IMG/VR virus record: IMGVR_UViG_3300046171_000208
Location: 1-64,000 of that record
Strand: one strand, 5' to 3'
DNA: 64,000 nt
Source of the DNA: a virus
This document shows positions 57,838-64,000 of this stretch, piece by piece. Both the position numbers and the translations under genes were made by a program. The notes below the pieces were generated by a model. That model was not told where the DNA came from. It made no database searches and worked only from the letters and a program-made list of their open reading frames with translations. Position 1 is the stretch's first letter. Each line of letters opens with the position of its first letter.

Positions 57838-58561
57838 ATGGATTTACAGTTTCGGTATTATCTGTTGCAACTAAACTTGATGTTATATAATTTGAACTCT
57901 TATCATACCTAAGAATATCTCTTAAATCATTAATAAATGTTTGAACAAATCCATTTTTTAATACATTTATTTTTCTCTTTTCTTCATTTTTCTTATATTC
58001 ATATTCTAAATTAGTTACTGCCCTCGCTATTTTATCTGTGGTTACTGTGTATTCAGTTTTATCATCAAGTTGATTGTTTCCCTCTTGTGAAATTAAATTG
58101 TATCTATTTGTACCAAATTGAGTCGATGATCCATATATTTTAAAATCAACATCAACAATAAGATTAGGTGGTAATATTTGACGATCCTGACTATCTCTTA
58201 TTTCAAAGGTTTCATAATATCTTATAGCACTCATTTTTTCTTCTGAACCATATTTTTCTAAGGCATAGTCATAAACTTGGTAATCTTGTAATGGCCATTC
58301 GTGATTGATGTTAGTTATTCCAGCAACTAAAATTACAATATAATCTAATGAAGAATCACCATATAGAAAGTCTGCAAGTGTATCAGGTCTATCTCCATCT
58401 TTTATAACTAATTTTTGTTGAGCGATTACACCACTTCTTACATAATCCATCAACTTAGCACTACGAAATATATTTTTTATAATAATGTAATCACTTGCTG
58501 AATTTTTATGTGATAATGGCGATTGATATGCTATATCTGGTAATTCTCTGAATAATCCCAT
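57836..58561 (-). CDS. g53: Baseplate wedge protein gp53
   Basis: KNIFR, IKDGDRPDTLA..LYGD, I.....EWP and EYE...NEEKRKI motifs. Confidence 0.85.
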   Translation of the reverse strand: MGLFRELPDIAYQSPLSHKNSASDYIIIKNIFRSAKLMDYVRSGVIAQQKLVIKDGDRPDTLADFLYGDSSLDYIVILVAGITNINHEWPLQDYQVYDYALEKYGSEEKMSAIRYYETFEIRDSQDRQILPPNLIVDVDFKIYGSSTQFGTNRYNLISQEGNNQLDDKTEYTVTTDKIARAVTNLEYEYKKNEEKRKINVLKNGFVQTFINDLRDILRYDKSSNYITSSLVATDNTETVNP

Positions 58562-59793
58562 TAGTATCCAACTCCTGGTCCTGCACCTACTTGCTGATAA
58601 TCTTCATGATAGATTGGATTGAGCTCTTTAAATGTTAAACTCATTCTGATATTCACTGGTGTTCCATCTTCATATGAAGTATATGTACCTGCATTAGTAT
58701 AATTAACACTCATACCAGTTAACGCACATAATTTGAATGAATGTAGAAATGGATGATCAACATCATCTTTTAAAAATTTAAGTTGAAAAACATCTGGTGA
58801 TTGTATGAATATACCTGCAGCAGTTCCGTTAAATTCTCCTGCTTTTGCTGCCATTGATGCTTTTAAGCGTCTTATAATTTGTTTTACAACATCGCCTTCT
58901 TTGGGACTTCTTGGAGAAAATGTTATACTATATGGAAAAGTTCTTAAATTTACTCCTTTGAAAAGTAGTTCTAAATTATTATTAAGAATTTGACCTGTAG
59001 AACGTGAGATAACACTTTGTGGACTCACGTTTGAACCTAATGCTCCAATCGCTGCACCAGATAATGCTGCTCTTACTGCACCTTGAGTTTCAGGTTTCAA
59101 ACCAGGAATATCAATTCCAGTATTTAATGCAGTAACTGCTGCTTGTGCTGCAGCTACTCCATCTTCGACAAGATTGCCACCCATTGCTTTTTGTGCAACT
59201 GCAAGTGCACCAAGTTCAAGTGCGTTTGCACGATCTTCACCCCAAGTAATTGAATTTGAATCAGTTAAATCTTGAGGGATAGGTAGTTCAATTAAATATT
59301 TCATTAATCTATTTGCATCTTTACTCATTCTTGAGTTAGCATCAGTTACTTTAAAATCTATTCCTGGTCTTTCTGAACCATTCATCAATTTTCCTTTCTC
59401 ATTATATACCTTTAGTTTATTCTTATCACCTTCAGGTAGAGCCATCTTTTTTTTATCTTCTGAAGTTATTGCACTAACTTTACCGTTAGCACCTTTTTCT
59501 TTTTTAAACATATTAACTGGTGTTACTGTTGCTCCAGCACCAGATTCTGGTGGTTCAAATTTTAGACATTTTATGACAAGTCTGTCACCAGTTCTTTGAC
59601 TTGGACCTGTAGCAAGTGGGTAACTCAATGGTGGTAATTTTTTATTTCTTGCTCTACTTGTAATTTTTCTATCTCGTGTAGCATAAGTAGGTAATTGATT
59701 GCCAGTTTCCAAAGCCTGTTCAACACCATCCTTATACTCTTGTGAAGCGTAATATGATTCTTGCTGTTTATAATCGGCAGGATAATTAGGCAT
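58561..59793 (-). CDS. g48: Baseplate tail-tube cap gp48
   Basis: LPIP, NNNLELLFKG..LRTF, PRS..E, CALT..SVNYT and L.FKEL motifs; synteny. Confidence 0.8.
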   Translation of the reverse strand: MPNYPADYKQQESYYASQEYKDGVEQALETGNQLPTYATRDRKITSRARNKKLPPLSYPLATGPSQRTGDRLVIKCLKFEPPESGAGATVTPVNMFKKEKGANGKVSAITSEDKKKMALPEGDKNKLKVYNEKGKLMNGSERPGIDFKVTDANSRMSKDANRLMKYLIELPIPQDLTDSNSITWGEDRANALELGALAVAQKAMGGNLVEDGVAAAQAAVTALNTGIDIPGLKPETQGAVRAALSGAAIGALGSNVSPQSVISRSTGQILNNNLELLFKGVNLRTFPYSITFSPRSPKEGDVVKQIIRRLKASMAAKAGEFNGTAAGIFIQSPDVFQLKFLKDDVDHPFLHSFKLCALTGMSVNYTNAGTYTSYEDGTPVNIRMSLTFKELNPIYHEDYQQVGAGPGVGY

Positions 59794-59804
59794 ATATAAT
59801 TTTT

Positions 59805-60152
59805 TTAACTATTTAGACGGATTTTGACAAAAGGCAGAGTTCTTAAATCTCTTAACTCCATTTCATCTACTTTATACAGTCCTCCAACAACTTCTGGGAA
59901 TGTATATTGTCTCATTTCACCCCAGTGATAATTTAATCCTTTGAAACCCCAAGAGTAAACGTTAGTTACTGCAACGAGTGGATGTTCATCATATGCAATG
60001 TTGGGTGTCTTTGGTTTATATACAAAAACGTAGTAATTTCCTTCTTCAGGTACATTACTTCCTTCAGTTAAAACACCTAGTATTTCCTGTGTTAAATCAT
60101 CAGCACTCTCGGTGCCATACAGGTTTTGCATTATAGGATCTAAACGACTCAT
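59805..60152 (-). CDS. Short DNA end protector gp2-like protein
   Basis: G.YYVFVY.PKT...YD..PLV...GF.GLN.H; position between g48 and g4. Confidence 0.55.
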   Translation of the reverse strand: MSRLDPIMQNLYGTESADDLTQEILGVLTEGSNVPEEGNYYVFVYKPKTPNIAYDEHPLVAVTNVYSWGFKGLNYHWGEMRQYTFPEVVGGLYKVDEMELRDLRTLPFVKIRLNS

Positions 60153-60583
60153 ATATCTAACTCTTTTTCTGTAATTACTTTAAACTCCCACATTCGGTCA
60201 GCACAATACTCTCTTGCTGCTTTCCATTTTGCTTGGTTTCTTGCATATTCAAATGCTTCACGAATATAACCTTTGGTTTGTCTTTTTGGTCTTTTTGGTT
60301 TAGTTGTTTGTTTAAGTGGTTTCACTTCAATCAGATATCTTTTTATTTTACCTGTGTTCTCTTGAACCTTGATATAAAAATCTGGAAAGTACCTATGTAC
60401 TCGACTATCGTGAGGTGAGATGTATGGGAGAGCAATCTCTTCACTTCCCCACTCAAGAATTTTAGTGTTTTTATCACAGTACACCATAAACTTTCTTTCC
60501 CAAAGTGACCTGTAAATAATATTAGTCGGATCACCTTTATACTTTCTAGGATATGATGGATAGTATTTTCCCCTATAAGCCAT
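60149..60583 (-). CDS. g4: Head completion nuclease gp4
   Basis: YRSLWERKFM, WGSEEI, HRYFPDF, IEVKP and NQAKW.AA motifs. Confidence 0.93.
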   Translation of the reverse strand: MAYRGKYYPSYPRKYKGDPTNIIYRSLWERKFMVYCDKNTKILEWGSEEIALPYISPHDSRVHRYFPDFYIKVQENTGKIKRYLIEVKPLKQTTKPKRPKRQTKGYIREAFEYARNQAKWKAAREYCADRMWEFKVITEKELDI

Positions 60584-60613
60584 CTAAATAACTATACTAT
60601 AGAAGTATTTAGA
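60583..60613. promoter_or_regulatory. Pair of opposed late promoters in a 30-nt divergent spacer
   Basis: TCTAAATA (+, 60583-60590) and its reverse complement TATTTAGA (60606-60613). Confidence 0.75.
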
Positions 60614-61444
60614 GTGCCAGCACCAAGACCAAGAGGGATATCAGATATAATGCCTAAGTTACAGAATGTAGCTCAGACATCTCAATTTTTAGTTAAATTT
60701 GTTGTACCAAGAGGTGATTGTCGTAGATTTTTAAGACAGAAAGGAATAAATGATCGTTTTATATCAGATAATGTAGGATTACTTTGTAGTGATGCAGTTT
60801 TGCCTGGAAGTGCAATGGCAACTCTTAATACTGCTGGTGATTATCAAGGTGTTATAGAAAGATTTGCTCATACAAGAAATTTTACACAAATTAATTTTGA
60901 TTTTTATGTTGATAATGAATATAAATCGTTAAAATTTTTAGAGCACTGGATGGAATTTATATCAAGTGGATCAATTGCCGATCCTTCATCTGATACCTAT
61001 CATTTTAAAATGAAATATCCTGATGAATATAAATCAAATGATACGAGGGTAGTTAAGTTTGAAAGAAATCATTCTCAATTTTTAGAATATAGATTTATTG
61101 GAATGTTTCCACTGTCTCTTAATTCTACACGAGTTTCATATCAAAATTCCACTGTACTAAAAGCAACTGCAACGTTTAGTTTTGACAGATACGTTTGTGG
61201 TGAAACTAGTTCTCTTGCAAGAGCTTTAGGATTAGATTTGAATAATCAAGCTGCGAGAGATAAAAGAGCATCAGCAAGGCAAACTGAAAGAAATAATAAT
61301 AGTTTGAGTAGAATAATGAATGACGATTTAGCACTACTTAATTCTGGAACAGCATATAGAAATCTACCTCCTGAATTAGTTGGTGGAGGAATCACAAGAA
61401 GATTTGGAACAAATACTACTTTGACACCATTTAGCGAAAGATAG
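60614..61444 (+). CDS. Tail-tube-fold baseplate protein (gp54/gp19-like)
   Basis: LLC..A.LPG, FYVD..Y..LKFLE.W, Y.F..MFP and TFSFDRY motifs. Confidence 0.7.
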   Translation: MPAPRPRGISDIMPKLQNVAQTSQFLVKFVVPRGDCRRFLRQKGINDRFISDNVGLLCSDAVLPGSAMATLNTAGDYQGVIERFAHTRNFTQINFDFYVDNEYKSLKFLEHWMEFISSGSIADPSSDTYHFKMKYPDEYKSNDTRVVKFERNHSQFLEYRFIGMFPLSLNSTRVSYQNSTVLKATATFSFDRYVCGETSSLARALGLDLNNQAARDKRASARQTERNNNSLSRIMNDDLALLNSGTAYRNLPPELVGGGITRRFGTNTTLTPFSER

Positions 61445-61491
61445 ATTCCAAAAACACCTATAAATAATCATACTGAAGTGTAGTAATTATT

Positions 61492-62211
61492 ATGCCTTTA
61501 CCAACCATTTCAACTCCAACGTATGAGTTGACATTACCATCATCTAATAGAAAAATTAAATATCGTCCTTTTTTAGTTAAAGAGGAAAAGATTTTAATTA
61601 TAGCGATGGAAACCCAAGATACAAAACAAATTGCAAGAGCAGTAAAAGATGTTCTAGCAAAATGTATATTGACAAAAGGAATCAAAGTTGATAAACTTGC
61701 AACTTTTGATATTGAATATTTGTTTTTAAATATTCGTGGAAAATCTGTGGGAGAACATATTGAAGTGATGGTCACTTGTCCTGACGATGAAAAGACTCAA
61801 GTTCCAATGTCAATCAATATTGATGATATTAAAATTAAAAAAGAGAAAGATCATTCTACTGACATTTCTTTAGATGGTACTTATACTTTAAGAATGAAAT
61901 ATCCATCTTTGAGCGAATTTATTAAAAATAATTTCGATTCAATGACTGATATGAAAGTTGAAGATACTTTTGAATTAATTTCATCTTGTATTGATCAAGT
62001 ATATTCAGAGGAAGAAACGTGGTCGCATCAAGAATGTACAAAGAAAGAGTTATCAGATTTTGTTGAATCTCTTAATTCCAATCAATTTAAGTTGGTTGAA
62101 AATTTCTTTACAACTATGCCTAAATTATCTCATACTGTTAAAGTTACTAATCCAAATACAAAAGTTGATAGTGAAATTAAACTAGAGGGGCTGCAGAGTT
62201 TTTTCGGATAA
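61492..62211 (+). CDS. g26: Baseplate hub assembly protein gp26
   Basis: MPLP...PTYEL.LPS, KYRPFLVKEEKIL, FDIEYLFLNIRGKSVGE and EGLQSFF end. Confidence 0.9.
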   Translation: MPLPTISTPTYELTLPSSNRKIKYRPFLVKEEKILIIAMETQDTKQIARAVKDVLAKCILTKGIKVDKLATFDIEYLFLNIRGKSVGEHIEVMVTCPDDEKTQVPMSINIDDIKIKKEKDHSTDISLDGTYTLRMKYPSLSEFIKNNFDSMTDMKVEDTFELISSCIDQVYSEEETWSHQECTKKELSDFVESLNSNQFKLVENFFTTMPKLSHTVKVTNPNTKVDSEIKLEGLQSFFG

Positions 62212-62213
62212 GT

Positions 62214-62393
62214 ATGGCACACGAGGATCTTGTGTCATACTATAAGTTAAATTTTGCTTTGATGCAACACCATAAATATAGTTTAACTGAACTTGAGAAT
62301 ATGATTCCGTGGGAGAGAGAAATTTATGTTTCACTTTTACAACAGTATATTGAAGAGGAAAATTTAAAAGCACAACAAGAACGTAATGGATGA
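62214..62393 (+). CDS. g51: Baseplate hub assembly catalyst gp51-like (59 aa, not in ORF track)
   Basis: Manual translation MAHEDLVSYYKLNFALMQHHKYSLTELENMIPWEREIYVSLLQQYIEEEN...*. Confidence 0.85.
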   Translation: MAHEDLVSYYKLNFALMQHHKYSLTELENMIPWEREIYVSLLQQYIEEENLKAQQERNG

Positions 62394-64000
62394 GGAACAA
62401 GGTTTACAATCACCAATAGCAGGAGGTATTAGAGGCATCAGGAGAAGTGTATCCTCCAGTGTCTTTACAGGTCGTGCTGTTGCACCTCAAGCAGTTCAAC
62501 CTGTTTCTCCAATGATTCAGGCACCACCTCAACCACCACAACCAGATCCACAAACAACAAGTTTACTTAGTCAGAACTCATTAACTTTAACAAGTGTTTC
62601 GGGACAATTATCTGCCATATCTGAACAGATATTTTCTTTGAATAGTTCACTATCAGTAATTAAATCAAATTTAGATGTAAGTGATCAAATAGATAGACAA
62701 AGAGAAGGAGCAAAACAAAAAAGAGATGCGATATTAGCAGAGCAAGGATTAAGGGAAGGAAAAGAATCAGAACTAGAAAGAAAAATACAAACTGCTTTAC
62801 TTGCTCCAGTAAGAAGAGTTGCAGGTTTTGCTCAAGGTATATTAAGTAGATTGGGTAATTTTTTATTCATTCTTACTGCAGGTTGGTTAACTGACAAAAC
62901 TTTATCATTTTTAAGACTAACATCCGAAGGAAATGTTGATAAATTAAATGAATTTAAAAGAAAATTCTTAATTGACCTTGCACTTTTAGGAGGTATAGGT
63001 TTAGCACTGACTATAGGAATTGGAAAAATAGTTGCAACAGTAGGTGCAATATCAGGTTTAGCTTTAAAATTTGCATTCTCTGCATTACTAGCAGCACCAT
63101 TTCTTGCAGCATTAAAATTTATTAAAAATAATGTTGATAATTTTGTCAAGAATTTTGGATTATATGTGCGAAATCTTCTTACAAAAGGTCCAGGAAAAGT
63201 TGTACAAAAGTTAGGATTACCTTTGTTAGGAGTGGGTGGTGTTGCAGCACTGTTCCCTAAAAAAATTGGAAAATTTTTTAAATCAGTATTTGGAAAGAAG
63301 ATAATTGGTGAAGCAGTAGAAGGAGCTGCGAAAACAGGTGCAAAAACGGGAGCAAAAAGTGGTTTAAAAGCTTTAGGACCAATTGGAATAGGTCTTGAAT
63401 TAGCATTAGCACCTATCTTCGCATTCTTTGATTATAAAGACAGAAAAGAAAATCTAGGTCAAACAGAGGGACAGGCAAAAACTGGAGCAAGTGCAACTGC
63501 GATTGGTGGTATAGCTGGTACTCTAATTGGATTAACTTTAATACCAGAACCACTAACAAGTGCTACTGGTTTGATAGGTCTTGCATTATTAAGCATGTTC
63601 GGTGGAATGGGTGCTGGAAAATTAGCTGATACAGTAACTGGGGCTAATAAGAATAAGGGGGATTCAGCTCCAGAATATACAGTTGAAGGAAGGGCAGATG
63701 GTGGTCCTGTCGATGCTAAAAAACCATATGTAGTTGGAGAAAAAGGACCTGAACTATTCAGTTCAGAAGTTGCTGGAATGATAACACCAATTAACTTTAA
63801 AAAAGATTCAAAAGTATCAGACCTTATATCATCGTTTGATCAATCGGCAGAGGTCACAGTTATTCCTTTAAGCACTTCAGAAAAAGGAATACCAGCAAGT
63901 GCAACTATGGCAACTAGTTCAAGCACTCCGAGTGATTCTTTACCAAATATACCATCATCTGATTTTGCAAATAGTTTTATTGGATTTTCTGAATCTGTGT
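62386..64000 (+). CDS. Tape-measure/baseplate hub-like protein (runs off window end)
   Basis: Frame from ATG 62386 appears open to the window end (spot-checked). Helical, G/A-rich hydrophobic segments and GRADGGPV...YVVGEKGPELF motif (~63690-63760). Confidence 0.7.
   Translation, partial: MDEEQGLQSPIAGGIRGIRRSVSSSVFTGRAVAPQAVQPVSPMIQAPPQPPQPDPQTTSLLSQNSLTLTSVSGQLSAISEQIFSLNSSLSVIKSNLDVSDQIDRQREGAKQKRDAILAEQGLREGKESELERKIQTALLAPVRRVAGFAQGILSRLGNFLFILTAGWLTDKTLSFLRLTSEGNVDKLNEFKRKFLIDLALLGGIGLALTIGIGKIVATVGAISGLALKFAFSALLAAPFLAALKFIKNNVDNFVKNFGLYVRNLLTKGPGKVVQKLGLPLLGVGGVAALFPKKIGKFFKSVFGKKIIGEAVEGAAKTGAKTGAKSGLKALGPIGIGLELALAPIFAFFDYKDRKENLGQTEGQAKTGASATAIGGIAGTLIGLTLIPEPLTSATGLIGLALLSMFGGMGAGKLADTVTGANKNKGDSAPEYTVEGRADGGPVDAKKPYVVGEKGPELFSSEVAGMITPINFKKDSKVSDLISSFDQSAEVTVIPLSTSEKGIPASATMATSSSTPSDSLPNIPSSDFANSFIGFSESV

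Noticed and set aside
1-64000. tRNA, rRNA, integrase or transposase genes
   Set aside because: None recognised by eye; intergenic gaps are short and explained by promoters, terminators or cis-RNAs. A tRNAscan-SE run would confirm.

Overview
64 kb of an AT-rich T4-like cyanomyovirus genome, most likely infecting Prochlorococcus (Prochlorococcus-type psbD, multiple hli genes). Left to right: (i) 1-3078, the end of a glycan-modification cluster (GT6, two GT25-like enzymes, an NAD-dependent epimerase). (ii) 3216-7147, a photosynthesis island with five tandem hli genes, six unannotated translationally coupled micro-ORFs (mostly single-helix hydrophobic), a structured psbA leader, psbA and psbD, followed by an HNH endonuclease. 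(iii) 7678-48404, a ~41 kb all-plus-strand array of ~30 modular tail-fibre/adhesin, chaperone and accessory genes plus a subtilase, built from shared repeated peptide/DNA modules and mostly preceded by a TAAATA late-promoter junction. (iv) 48457-57793, glutaredoxin, conserved hypotheticals, an apparent nitrogen-sensing module (NtcA box, tandem glutamine-riboswitch-like aptamers, DUF4278-like peptide), a 2OG-Fe(II) oxygenase, thyX, a flavin halogenase, phoH, an exonuclease, g33, g59 and g32. (v) 57836-64000, baseplate/tail genes g53, g48, g2-like, g4, g54/19-like, g26, g51 and a truncated tape-measure-like gene. The most notable signals are a 64-codon ORF nested in the stem-loop of a glutamine-aptamer-like RNA, a probable -1 programmed frameshift fusing gp26 to gp51 just upstream of the tape measure gene, a 'carrier + three tips' organisation of the fibre genes, and a DNA-level conserved TTCGCAT core at fibre module boundaries. 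Three genes carry single-base frameshifts that are probably sequencing errors. All calls are from motif recognition by eye; no database searches were run.
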